Shown here: positions 1 to 9,584 of the stretch, piece after piece | Layout: the number at the start of each line of letters is the position of its first letter | Position numbering within the stretch: position 1 is the stretch's first letter | NCBI GenBank assembly: GCA_963741955.1 | Contig: CAVUKB010000005.1 | Span: forward strand, 1,402,179 to 1,466,178 | Source: an uncultured Acidobacteriota bacterium | GTDB taxonomy: Bacteria > Acidobacteriota > Thermoanaerobaculia > Gp7-AA8 | Reading direction: 5' to 3' | Length of the DNA: 64,000 nt | The notes under the pieces: generated by a model | The model's database searches: none | What the model saw: the letters and a program-made list of their open reading frames with translations, nothing else | Told to the model about the DNA's origin: nothing | Translations under genes and position numbers: made by a program

Positions 1-1
1 C

Positions 2-2281
2 CGTCCGATCAGCGACTTCACCTCCAATCAGTACGGCGGCCGCTTCGGCGGACCGATCCTCCGCGACAAGCTCTTCTTCTTCGTCACCGGCGAGCACAAC
101 GACCGCAGCGAGCCGACCGGCTGGTCCGCCGAGCCGGGCAACATCACCATCAACCCGGCCATCGCTGCGGAAGCCGCCGCGGCCAAGCAGATTGCCATCG
201 ATAAGTACGGATACGATCCGGGCTCGCTCGGCGACACTCCTGCGAAGCGCGACAGCAACAACTACTTCGGCCGTTTCGACTGGAACATCGGGAACTCCAG
301 CCAGCTGACTCTCCGGCACAACTACGTCGAGGGTACCCGCGACGCGACGTCCGGCGGCTACACCTTCTTCTACTTCCCGACCTCGTACTACGCGTTCAAC
401 GACAAGACGAATTCGACCGTCGCGCAGCTCAACAGCGTCTTCGGCCCGAACTCGTACAACGAGGCCCGCCTCGGTTATCAGACCATCCGCGACAAACGCG
501 CGGTCCCGATCGAGTTTCCTTCGGTCGAGATCGGCGGCGCGCCTCGCCGCGGCGAGGTGACCCTCGGCACCGAGCGTTTCTCCGGCGCCAACTCTCTCGA
601 CCAGGACATCCTCGAAGTCACTGACGACTTCACTCTGGTCCACGGCAATCACACCATCACCGTGGGAACGCACAACGAGTTCTTCTCGTTCAAGAACCTC
701 TTCATGTCCGATGCGTTCGGCTATTACTTCTTCCCGACGCTGGAAGATTTCGCGGCAGGAACGCCGACCCAGTACAGCCTCACCTACGCTCCCGGCAGCG
801 ATCCTCGCCGCGCCACGACGTTCGACGTGTCGCAGTACGGTCTCTACGCGAGCGACCAGTGGCGCGTCTCTCCGAACGTGAACCTCGTGTTCGGTCTCCG
901 GGGCGACATGCCCAGCTTCCCCGACACTCCGTCGTTCAACCCGATCGTCTCGGAAGCCATCGGCTACAGCACCGCGCAGACTCCGGCCGAAGATGTGGTG
1001 TGGTCGCCACGGCTCGGATTCAACTGGGATCCGAGCGGCGCCGGCAAGCAGCAACTCCGAGGCGGCATCGGCATCTTCGCCGGCCGTACGCCCTACGTCT
1101 GGGTCTCCAACGCATACGGCGACACCGGCGTGGAGCAGATCGCGGTGAGCTGTGTGGCGCCGAACTGCACCCCGCAGTTCGTCACCGATCCGAACGCCCA
1201 GCCGACAAACTTCCCCTCCGGTGGCGGCGCGATCTCGGTCGATCTGATCGATCCGAACTTCCAGTTTCCGCGCGTGATGCGCAGCACCCTCGGCTACGAC
1301 CGTGAGCTTCCGTGGGGAATCCGCGGCACGGCCGAAGTGGTCTACAGCAAGAACCTCGAGGACGTCTACTACGAGAACGTGAACAAAGTGCAGACCGGCA
1401 CGAGCCCGCTCGACGGCCGGCCGACGTACTCGAACATCAGCAGCCAGGTTCGCGACGCGATTCTTCTCACCAACACCAGCAAGGGCTACCAGACCATGGA
1501 GTCGTTGCAGTTGAACAAGCGTTTCGGCCACGGCTTCACGCTGGCCACGTCGTACGCGCACCAGAACGCGAAGTCGGCCTTCGACGGAACGTCCAGCCGC
1601 GCGATCTCCAACTGGCAGTACCACCACACCCAGGGCGACATCTTCGATCCGAAGGTCTCGCGCTCGGCGTTCGAGACGACGCACCGGTTCAACCTTTCCG
1701 CGTCGTACAACGTCCGGACCGGTCCTTTCGACCACACCATCGCCCTCTACTACAACGCGCAGTCCGGGCGACCGTACTCGCTCCTGTTCGGCACGGACGT
1801 CAACAAGGATGGATACTCGACCAACGACCTGCTGTACGTTCCCGGTTCGGCGGACGAGATCATCCTTCAGAACGCCAGCCGGCAGCCGATCGACTACTCG
1901 GTCCTCGCGGACTTCCTCAAGAGCGCAGGGATCGACCCGACCGCCGGACGGATTCTCAACCGGTACGAGTCGACCGAGCCGTGGGTCCGTCAGCTCGACT
2001 TTCACTACGAGCTCGGCCTTCCGGCCTTCACCGGTGTGCGTACCAGCATTACCGCTGACGTCCTGAACCTGCTCAACATGTTCGACAAGAATTCGGGCGT
2101 GGTCCGCTACGTCTCGAACCAGAACTATCTGCCGGTCTACTACCAGGGCATCGACTCTGCGACCGGTAAGCCGATCTATCGCGAACGGTTCAACGGCGCG
2201 CTCGATCCGGGTGCCCAGTTCAGCACCGCGGACGTTCGCTCCCGCTGGCAGGCACGCCTCGGGCTGCGCGTCACCTTCTGA
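2..2281 (+). CDS. Oar-like TonB-dependent outer-membrane receptor, 5'-truncated by the window edge
   Basis: The frame is open from position 2 (RPISDFTSNQYGGRFGGPILRDKLFFF, typical of Oar-type receptors). It contains WSPRLGFNWD and ends in a beta-strand with terminal Phe (RLGLRVTF). Confidence 0.9.
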   Translation, partial: RPISDFTSNQYGGRFGGPILRDKLFFFVTGEHNDRSEPTGWSAEPGNITINPAIAAEAAAAKQIAIDKYGYDPGSLGDTPAKRDSNNYFGRFDWNIGNSSQLTLRHNYVEGTRDATSGGYTFFYFPTSYYAFNDKTNSTVAQLNSVFGPNSYNEARLGYQTIRDKRAVPIEFPSVEIGGAPRRGEVTLGTERFSGANSLDQDILEVTDDFTLVHGNHTITVGTHNEFFSFKNLFMSDAFGYYFFPTLEDFAAGTPTQYSLTYAPGSDPRRATTFDVSQYGLYASDQWRVSPNVNLVFGLRGDMPSFPDTPSFNPIVSEAIGYSTAQTPAEDVVWSPRLGFNWDPSGAGKQQLRGGIGIFAGRTPYVWVSNAYGDTGVEQIAVSCVAPNCTPQFVTDPNAQPTNFPSGGGAISVDLIDPNFQFPRVMRSTLGYDRELPWGIRGTAEVVYSKNLEDVYYENVNKVQTGTSPLDGRPTYSNISSQVRDAILLTNTSKGYQTMESLQLNKRFGHGFTLATSYAHQNAKSAFDGTSSRAISNWQYHHTQGDIFDPKVSRSAFETTHRFNLSASYNVRTGPFDHTIALYYNAQSGRPYSLLFGTDVNKDGYSTNDLLYVPGSADEIILQNASRQPIDYSVLADFLKSAGIDPTAGRILNRYESTEPWVRQLDFHYELGLPAFTGVRTSITADVLNLLNMFDKNSGVVRYVSNQNYLPVYYQGIDSATGKPIYRERFNGALDPGAQFSTADVRSRWQARLGLRVTF

Positions 2282-2300
2282 TCGACGCGACTGCAGTCGG

Positions 2301-2330
2301 AAAGGGAGGGGCTCCGGCCCCTCCCTTTTT
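2301..2330 (+). terminator. Intrinsic terminator
   Basis: Hairpin AAAGGGAGGGGC-TCCG-GCCCCTCCCTTT with a T-run, just after the receptor stop. Confidence 0.85.
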
Positions 2331-2389
2331 GTTTCCCTCCGATCCCGATATCATCGCCCGCGCGGCGCCGCCGCTCCTCGAGGCAAATC

Positions 2390-4084
2390 ATGAAGAAAGC
2401 TCTCTTTTCTCTTCTCTTTCTCGCAACCGTCGCGCTCCCGCTGCCTCTCGCAGCCGCCGATCGGCCCGATCTCGTCGTGGTCATCTCCATCGATCAGTTT
2501 CGTTACGAGTACGTTCAACGCTTCGCGCCGTACTTCGGAAAGGATGGGTTCAACCGTTTTCTGATCCATGGCGCGACGTTCGAGAACGCTCGCTATCCGT
2601 ACGCCATCACCTACACCGGCCCGGGACACGCTGCGATCGGCACGGGCCGCGATCCGGCGCACAGCGGCATCGTCTCCAACGACTGGTGGGACCGCCGCGA
2701 GGAACACAACGAATACTGCGTCGAAGACGACCGCACCGTACCGACCGCTCCCGGAGTCGAGCCGGTGTCCCCCCTCAATCTCGCGAGTGACTCCCTCGGC
2801 GATCGACTCGAGGAGCACGATCGCGGCGCGAAGGTCATCGGGATCTCGATCAAGGACCGCGCCGCGATTCTGATGGCGGGGCGCAAAGCCACCGCTGCCT
2901 ACTGGTTCGATCCGAAGCTCCCGGGGTTCGTCTCCACGAACTACTACAAGTGGGATCCCGGCGTCCTCGCATTCAACGAGAAGGTGCCGGAGTTCGTCGC
3001 ATCGCATTCCGTCTGGGACCTCTCCGGCCTCCTCACCACCGAACAACTCGACAAACTGACCTTCGATCCTCCGAACCTCCGCCAGTACAAGAGCGACAGA
3101 GCCGGACTCGGACGAAGCTTTCCCCATCCGATCGGGAGCGCCAACGCTCTCCTCTACACCCCGTTCGGAAACGATCTTCTTTTCGCCTTCGCGCGGCACG
3201 TGATCGACGCCGAACGCCTCGGCACGCACGACGACGAGCCGGACATCCTCTGGATCGGCCTCTCACCCCAGGACTATCTGGGGCATGCCTTCGGTCCCGA
3301 CTCGATGGAAGTGGCCGACTCCGTAATGCGGATCGATGCATCGCTCGCGACGTTCCTCGACTGGCTCGACACGCGATTCCCGGGACGCGTCACGGTCGCT
3401 CTCACCGCAGACCACGGCGTGCAATCGATACCGGAAGTCGCGAAGGCCCGGGGGAAGGATGCCGGCCGCGTTTCGCTCCGCAACCCGGGGAAGAATGCAA
3501 AGACCTTTCGGGATCTCCCGCCGCTGCGCCACGACCTCGAAAGGCGGATCGCCGGTACGCTCCGGATCAAGGTCACCGACTCCACTCCTCTCTCTCAGGC
3601 CATCGTCCTCCGATTCGAGGAGCCTTCCATCTACATCAACTGGAAGCGCGTCGCGTCACTGCACTTCGACCCGGAGTACATCAGGAAGGTCGTCCGCAAT
3701 GCGGTCCTCGAGATCAACGGCGTGTCCCACGCGTACACGGCGACGGAGCTGATGCTTCCCACACCGACGGACGATCCCATCCTCACTGCCGTTCGCCGCT
3801 CTTTCCGCGCCGACCGCTCGGGCGACGTTCTGATCACCCTGAAGGAGGGAACCATCTGGAGCTATGACCCTCCGACCGGAACCACACACGGGCAGCCGGT
3901 CGAAGCCGACCAGCACGTGCCTCTCATGTTCTGGGGTTTCGGAATCCGGGAGGGGGTGTACGACGACGCGGTCTCGCCGCTCGATCTCGCATCCACGCTC
4001 GGATCGATCCTGGGGGTGGAAGCGGGAACTCCGGGGGCGAAGCCGCTCCCCTGCGTGGAGAAGACGACCGGCGCCGTAAAGTGA
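2390..4084 (+). CDS. Secreted alkaline phosphatase, PafA-like
   Basis: Signal peptide; VVISIDQFR, TYTGPGHA (Thr nucleophile), DYLGHAFGP, LTADHG, GTTHG motifs. Confidence 0.9.
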   Translation: MKKALFSLLFLATVALPLPLAAADRPDLVVVISIDQFRYEYVQRFAPYFGKDGFNRFLIHGATFENARYPYAITYTGPGHAAIGTGRDPAHSGIVSNDWWDRREEHNEYCVEDDRTVPTAPGVEPVSPLNLASDSLGDRLEEHDRGAKVIGISIKDRAAILMAGRKATAAYWFDPKLPGFVSTNYYKWDPGVLAFNEKVPEFVASHSVWDLSGLLTTEQLDKLTFDPPNLRQYKSDRAGLGRSFPHPIGSANALLYTPFGNDLLFAFARHVIDAERLGTHDDEPDILWIGLSPQDYLGHAFGPDSMEVADSVMRIDASLATFLDWLDTRFPGRVTVALTADHGVQSIPEVAKARGKDAGRVSLRNPGKNAKTFRDLPPLRHDLERRIAGTLRIKVTDSTPLSQAIVLRFEEPSIYINWKRVASLHFDPEYIRKVVRNAVLEINGVSHAYTATELMLPTPTDDPILTAVRRSFRADRSGDVLITLKEGTIWSYDPPTGTTHGQPVEADQHVPLMFWGFGIREGVYDDAVSPLDLASTLGSILGVEAGTPGAKPLPCVEKTTGAVK

Positions 4085-4180
4085 GGTGACGCGCGCGAGG
4101 GGTTCGGCTCCGCATCCGGAATTCGCGGTGTGAATTCTCTTCGCCAGCGACAGAGCATCCGTCGAAGGCCACCTCTTCAT

Positions 4181-5545
4181 CTACTCCACGACGGCGGCGA
4201 CCAGATCGTACGGAAACGTCTCGCTGATCTCGACGTTCACGATCGCAGGAAACTCTCCGACCAGTTCGATCCCGTCATTGATCAGAAGCCTTCCGTCGAT
4301 CTCCGGAGCCTGGCTCACCAGGCGTCCCTCGAGGAGATGTTCCGTCTCTTCGCAGACCCCCGTCACGATCGCTTCGAAGCGCCGGCCCACCTTCGCCGAG
4401 TTCTTTCGCTCCGAGATTCCCTGCTGAAGTGCCATCAGTGCATTCATCCGCGCTTCGGCGACCGCGGCGGCCGGAATGTCCGCCATACGTGCAGCCGGCG
4501 TCGACTCCTCCTGCGAATACGGGAAGACACCGAAGTGATCGAACTCCGCCCACTGCACGAATTGAGCGAGCTCCTCGAATGCGTCGTCATTCTCACCGGG
4601 GTGTCCGGCGATGAAAGTCGTGCGCAGCGTGAGATCGGGAACGAGATCGCGCATCCGGCTGATCATCGCCCGGTACTCCGCCGGCGAACCGGGGCGCCTC
4701 ATCGTCTTCAGCACTTCGGCCGAGACGTGCTGCAGAGGGATGTCGCAGTACGAAAGGAATCGCTTCTCGCGTCCCATCAGTTCGAACAGGGACCAGTCGA
4801 GACTTCCCGGGTAGGCGTAGAGAAAGCGGATCCACGGGAATGAAGTCTCTGCGAGGAGACGCTCGACGAGTCGCGTGAGACCGTTCGCCACGCCGAGGTC
4901 CTGTCCGTAACGCGTGGTGTCCTGAGCGACCAGGCAGAGCTCCTTCACTCCCTGGCTTTCCAGCTGCTTCGCTTCCCCGACCAGCGAGTCGATGGTCCGG
5001 CTCCGGAACTTTCCCCTCATCTGCGGAATCGCGCAGAAGGTGCAGGGATTCGAGCAACCTTCGGAGACCTTGAGGTATGCGTGCGAGCGCCCCGCAGTCA
5101 GCACGCGCGGCAGATCTTCGTAGAGTCGAACCGACATCTTCCGGCGCACCGGAGCGGAGTCGGTCGGCAGCGGAAGCCCGGTGACGGCAGGGGTGATCTG
5201 TTCGAGCGCGTCGAGGCCGACGAACGCGTCGATCTCGGGAATCGCTTCCTGGAGCTCGGTCCGGTACCGCTGCACCATGCACCCGCTCACGACCAGACGC
5301 TGCAGACCTCCGTTCTTCCTCTGCGCCATCTCGAGGATCGTGTCGATCGATTCCTTCTTCGCGGAATCGATGAATCCGCAGGTATTCACGATCACCACGT
5401 CGGCGTCTTCGAGATCATGTGTCAGCTCGACTTCCGATTCGCCGCTCAGCTGGCCGAGCATGATCTCTGCGTCGACGAGGTTCTTGGGGCAGCCTAGGGA
5501 GATCATCCCCACGCGCTTGACGTTCTTCTTCTGCCGCTGGCTCAT
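4181..5545 (-). CDS. rimO: Ribosomal protein S12 methylthiotransferase
   Basis: SLGCPKNLVD, NTCGFI, CSNPCTFC radical-SAM motif, QAPEIDG. Start moved to ATG 5545, which follows GAGG. Confidence 0.95.
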   Translation of the reverse strand: MSQRQKKNVKRVGMISLGCPKNLVDAEIMLGQLSGESEVELTHDLEDADVVIVNTCGFIDSAKKESIDTILEMAQRKNGGLQRLVVSGCMVQRYRTELQEAIPEIDAFVGLDALEQITPAVTGLPLPTDSAPVRRKMSVRLYEDLPRVLTAGRSHAYLKVSEGCSNPCTFCAIPQMRGKFRSRTIDSLVGEAKQLESQGVKELCLVAQDTTRYGQDLGVANGLTRLVERLLAETSFPWIRFLYAYPGSLDWSLFELMGREKRFLSYCDIPLQHVSAEVLKTMRRPGSPAEYRAMISRMRDLVPDLTLRTTFIAGHPGENDDAFEELAQFVQWAEFDHFGVFPYSQEESTPAARMADIPAAAVAEARMNALMALQQGISERKNSAKVGRRFEAIVTGVCEETEHLLEGRLVSQAPEIDGRLLINDGIELVGEFPAIVNVEISETFPYDLVAAVVE

Positions 5546-5741
5546 GTCCTCGCCCCTCAACACGACAGGCACGCCGCGGTATTCTCCGGCCGCATGATGC
5601 CGCCACGCAGACCCGATGCTGGTCCGGCCCGGGAACCGAAGGCGCGGGTTCACCCCGTGCGCTGCAGCGCAATCTCCGGCGGTGGTCCGGTTGCCGGCCC
5701 CGCGTTCAGCAGGGAGACCCGGGGGGCATTGAAACGAAGAA

Positions 5742-6728
5742 TTACGCGACGCCGTCCGTCCCCACCAGTCGAAGCGCGTCGATGCGCCAGAGCGCCGCAG
5801 CGGCGCCCTTCTCGGTGACCACTCGATGCAGCTCTTCGTCCATCAGATCCGTTTCCAGGAGCGGATCCGTCTCTTCGTCCATCGGATCCGCAAGACGTGA
5901 CCCCATCGCGGTCACCACACGCTCGACGAGGCGGTCGTGCAGTTCCGGGACCGACGCGCTACCTCGTTCACCGGCAGTCGGGAGGGCGTCACCACGGACC
6001 ACGTAGATGATCCGAGCCCGAGCCTCCAGCCATACCAGTGCGGCGGCGAGCGTCGCGACGTCCCAGTTCCGCTGCCGCTCCCAGACTGCGGCCAGAGAGG
6101 ATGAACTGCCGCCGTTCGGCTCGAGCACATTGGCCTGAATCTCCCAGATCAGCGCGAGCGCACCGGTGGGATCGAGTGTCCCCGCCGTGGCTCCCACCGA
6201 TCCGGGGAGCGTCTGCTGCTTCCCGGCGGCCAGAGCGATCTCGATCGCGTCGCTCTCGGAATCGACCACTACGTCGAACGTGATCGTTTCGGGGCGCCCT
6301 TCGAGATGCGCGTTCCGCCCCATGATGATCAGCCCGGCGGGGACCGGTTCCCCTTGATCCAATGCGCAGCGCGTCACCCGCTCGACTTCAGAGGGATATT
6401 CGCCGGCGCCGCTCTCCAGGGGACCGAGCGGCGTGACGAACCCCGCCATCCGCCCGCCGAAGATCCTCGGACGCCAGAAGCTCTCCGTCGGTTCCATCGC
6501 CCGCCATCTCGGCAGCGACTTCTGCACGTACTTTTCGATCACCGACTGCCGAAGACCGGAAAGGTCCTCCGGCCGGATCTCGTGGGGAGGAATCGATTCT
6601 GCGAGCTCCGCGAATTCCTCGAGGAGGGGAGCGCCGAGCCCGACGTAGAGCTCGTACAACGCACTCTTCGTCTCCGGCGCGATGCGGTAGGCTTCGAGAA
6701 GCGCAGCTACCTGGGGCGGAAAAGTCAT
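5742..6728 (-). CDS. Hypothetical protein (328 aa)
   Basis: Long ORF with genome-like codon usage and globular composition; no family recognised. Confidence 0.7.
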   Translation of the reverse strand: MTFPPQVAALLEAYRIAPETKSALYELYVGLGAPLLEEFAELAESIPPHEIRPEDLSGLRQSVIEKYVQKSLPRWRAMEPTESFWRPRIFGGRMAGFVTPLGPLESGAGEYPSEVERVTRCALDQGEPVPAGLIIMGRNAHLEGRPETITFDVVVDSESDAIEIALAAGKQQTLPGSVGATAGTLDPTGALALIWEIQANVLEPNGGSSSSLAAVWERQRNWDVATLAAALVWLEARARIIYVVRGDALPTAGERGSASVPELHDRLVERVVTAMGSRLADPMDEETDPLLETDLMDEELHRVVTEKGAAAALWRIDALRLVGTDGVA

Positions 6729-6791
6729 TCAGTGTTGGCCAACAACGGCGCTTCCCATCGCACTCCCCCGCCGCCACAGACGGGGAAAACG

Positions 6792-7832
6792 TCACGATTG
6801 CACGGCGAGAACCGCTTCGTCGACTGTCCCGGACGGATGGAATCGCGTCGCCTCTGCGAGCTCGTGCGCGCGGGTGAGGAGGCGCAGAACGTCGTCGATC
6901 GATGCGGTGTCCGCCAGTCCCTGCCTGAGGTCCTTCCCGTGCGGAATCCCTTTGGAGAACCAGCCGAGCATTGTTCTCGCTTTGTGGAGCTTCCACTTGA
7001 GCGGTTGAGGTGCCGCATCGATCTTCCGGAGATACCGCTCCATCGCCTCGATCCGCCGGTCGATCTCATCCGGAACCGCCTCGCCGTTCACGAACGCCTG
7101 GATGTCGCTGAAGATGAAAGGATTGTGGAGTGCGGCGCGCCCGATCATCACCCCATCGCACCCGGTCTCCTTCACCATTCTCACCGCATCCGCGGGAGTC
7201 TTCACGTCACCATTCCCGAAGAGCGGAATCCGGATCTCCTTCTTGACCTGTGCGATGTACGCCCAGTCGCTCGCACCCGTATACGCCTCGCTGCGGGTGC
7301 GCCCGTGAATGGCGATGGATGCGACGCCGATCTCTTCGAACCGCTTCAGCAGCGGAAGGACGTCATCGCTCTCCCATCCCTTCCGCACCTTCACCGTCAC
7401 CGGAATCTTCACCCGCCGCCGGATCTTTTCCACCACGCTGGCGGCCCGATCGAAGTCCTTGAGAAGCGCGGACCCTGCCCCGCTGTTCACGATCTTCTTC
7501 ACCGGGCAACCCATGTTCACGTCGACGATGTCGACCCCCTCCGCCTCGACGATCGCGGCCGCATCGTCCATCCGATCGGGATCTCCGCCATAGATCTGGA
7601 TCGCCACCGGACGTTCCGCGTCGTTGAACGTCAGCATCTGGCGACTTCGCTTGTTCTTGCGGGTCAGACCTTCAGCGGAGACGAATTCGGAAACGACGAG
7701 GCCCACCCCTCCCAACTCCTTGATCAGCGACCTATAGTACGTATCGGTCACCTCGGCCATCGGGGCGAGTGCGAGAGGCGGATCGATCATGACTTCACCG
7801 ATCCGGAAGGGCGAGAAAAAAGGCTTCTCCAT
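6792..7832 (-). CDS. dusB: tRNA-dihydrouridine synthase
   Basis: LAPMAEVTD, NMGCPVKK, IHGRTR, GNGDV, MIGRAA. Start set at ATG 7832. Confidence 0.9.
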   Translation of the reverse strand: MEKPFFSPFRIGEVMIDPPLALAPMAEVTDTYYRSLIKELGGVGLVVSEFVSAEGLTRKNKRSRQMLTFNDAERPVAIQIYGGDPDRMDDAAAIVEAEGVDIVDVNMGCPVKKIVNSGAGSALLKDFDRAASVVEKIRRRVKIPVTVKVRKGWESDDVLPLLKRFEEIGVASIAIHGRTRSEAYTGASDWAYIAQVKKEIRIPLFGNGDVKTPADAVRMVKETGCDGVMIGRAALHNPFIFSDIQAFVNGEAVPDEIDRRIEAMERYLRKIDAAPQPLKWKLHKARTMLGWFSKGIPHGKDLRQGLADTASIDDVLRLLTRAHELAEATRFHPSGTVDEAVLAVQS

Positions 7833-7932
7833 AGGTTCTTTTCTCAACGTTGGAGCCTCATTCGATGTTCCTGGCAGAACCGTTCGCCCCTCCATCGCGT
7901 CCCATTTCATAGAAAAACCCGGAGCCGCGGTC

Positions 7933-7948
7933 TGGCACTCCGAATGCA
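7933..7948 (+). promoter_or_regulatory. Putative sigma54 (-24/-12) promoter of the Do protease gene
   Basis: TGGCACTCCGAATGCA has exact GG-N10-GC spacing, about 45 nt upstream of ATG 7992. Confidence 0.6.
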
Positions 7949-7991
7949 CGCCCGACCACGGAAGGGTAACCTTCAGGAGGTACAAGTACAC

Positions 7992-9485
7992 ATGTCGCAG
8001 TCAGTAAAGCGTACCATCTCGATTCTCGCGATCATCGTCGCTTCGGTCGCCGCCGGCGTGATCCTCACCGCAGATTTCGGCTGGATGAAGAAATCCGCCG
8101 CCCAGCAGGTGACGACCACCCCCGACGGGAGCGTCGCCATGATGACCGTTCCGTCATTTGCCGACCTCGCGGATCGAGTGATGCCGGCCGTCGTCTCGAT
8201 CACCTCGAAGGAGATCGTGCATGGGCAGAGCGGTCAGGGGATCAACCCCTTCGATTTCTTCTTCCCCGACCATCCCCGGATCCCGAACAATCAGGACAAT
8301 GAGCGTGAGCAGATCAGCGGCGGCTCCGGATTCATCATCTCTCCTGACGGGTACATCCTCACCAACAACCACGTGATCGAAGGCGCCTCATCCATCGAAG
8401 TCCGGATCGGGAAAGAAGACACCACCGTCCCGGCGAAGATCATCGGTCGCGATCCGGCCACCGACATCGCACTGATCAAGGTCGACGTCGGCCATCCGCT
8501 TCCGACCGTGAAACTCGGTGACTCCAATACCACCCGAGTCGGAGACTGGGCCATCGCCATCGGCAACCCCCTGGAGATGGAGAACACCCTCACCGTCGGC
8601 GTGATCTCCGCGAAGGGACGCTCGCTCGGTATCAGCGAGGCGACCGCCTCCTTCGAGAACTTCCTCCAGACCGACGCGGCGATCAACTTCGGTAATTCCG
8701 GAGGGCCACTGCTGAACATCAAGGGCGAGGTCATCGGCATCAACACCGCGATCCGCGCCATGGCTCAGAACATCGGCTTCGCCATCCCGATCGACATCGC
8801 CAAGAAGGTCTACCCGCAGCTGAAGGCATCGGGCAAGGTCACCCGCGGATACCTCGGGATCAACATCACCGAGATCGACGAGAAGTACCAGAAGGCATTC
8901 AACCTTCCGAACATGAACGGCGTCCTGGTCCAGAACGTCGAAGCATCCGGTCCCGCAGCGAAGGCGGGCATCCAGCCCGGAGACGTCATCATCCAGGTCG
9001 ATACCCGGCAGATTAAGAGCAGCCGCGACCTGATCGACTACGTTTCGGATCTCGGGCCGGGCAAGCGGATCTCCATCACCCTGATCCGCAATGGCAAGAC
9101 CGAGCACGTCACTGCGACCACCGGCGAGCGGCCTCCAGTCGGACAGGAGACGAATCAGGAGGGCGGCGAGGAGAATCCTGCCCGGAACCGGATCGGTCTC
9201 ACCGTCCAGCAGATCACTCCGGGACTGCGGCAGATGTACGGTCTCCCGTCGAGCGCGAACGGAGTGATCATCACCGACGTGAAGTCCGTGTCACCTGCGG
9301 CAGAAGCGGGTCTTTCTCAGGGTGACGTCATCACCTCCGCCGCCGGAGAGACGATCAATACGCCGCAGGAGCTGAAACGGATCGTGGACCGGATGAAGAG
9401 TGGAGAGTATCTGAGACTCTACGTCAGCCGATTCGGACGGAACGGTCAATCGCAGTCGTTCTTCGTTCCCGTCCAGATTCCGTAA
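7992..9485 (+). CDS. degP: Do/HtrA family serine protease with two PDZ domains
   Basis: AGGAGG RBS, N-terminal hydrophobic segment, LTNNHV, DIAL, TDAAINFGNSGGPL, two PDZ repeats. Confidence 0.9.
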   Translation: MSQSVKRTISILAIIVASVAAGVILTADFGWMKKSAAQQVTTTPDGSVAMMTVPSFADLADRVMPAVVSITSKEIVHGQSGQGINPFDFFFPDHPRIPNNQDNEREQISGGSGFIISPDGYILTNNHVIEGASSIEVRIGKEDTTVPAKIIGRDPATDIALIKVDVGHPLPTVKLGDSNTTRVGDWAIAIGNPLEMENTLTVGVISAKGRSLGISEATASFENFLQTDAAINFGNSGGPLLNIKGEVIGINTAIRAMAQNIGFAIPIDIAKKVYPQLKASGKVTRGYLGINITEIDEKYQKAFNLPNMNGVLVQNVEASGPAAKAGIQPGDVIIQVDTRQIKSSRDLIDYVSDLGPGKRISITLIRNGKTEHVTATTGERPPVGQETNQEGGEENPARNRIGLTVQQITPGLRQMYGLPSSANGVIITDVKSVSPAAEAGLSQGDVITSAAGETINTPQELKRIVDRMKSGEYLRLYVSRFGRNGQSQSFFVPVQIP

Positions 9486-9510
9486 TACCCCCCGGGACCC
9501 CCCCTGTCCC

Positions 9511-9546
9511 GTGCCCTCCGCGTCTTTCGACGCGGGGGGCATTTTC
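9511..9546 (+). terminator. Intrinsic terminator
   Basis: GTGCCCTCCGCGTC-TTTC-GACGCGGGGGGCAT followed by TTT. Confidence 0.75.
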
Positions 9547-9584
9547 GTTTTGCGCGACAGCAGCCGGCCGATAGAATCCCCCCG

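Noticed and set aside
6306-7991. 1059-aa N-terminally extended HtrA, and similar long extensions of the ORFs at 19801, 28161, 40930 and 44872
   Set aside because: The extensions are mostly antisense or out-of-frame shadows of real neighbouring genes in high-GC DNA. Downstream starts with an RBS, signal peptide or family-typical N-terminus fit better.
9490-9584. FMN riboswitch upstream of ribD
   Set aside because: The space is occupied by the upstream terminator and a promoter-like sequence, with no RFN consensus.
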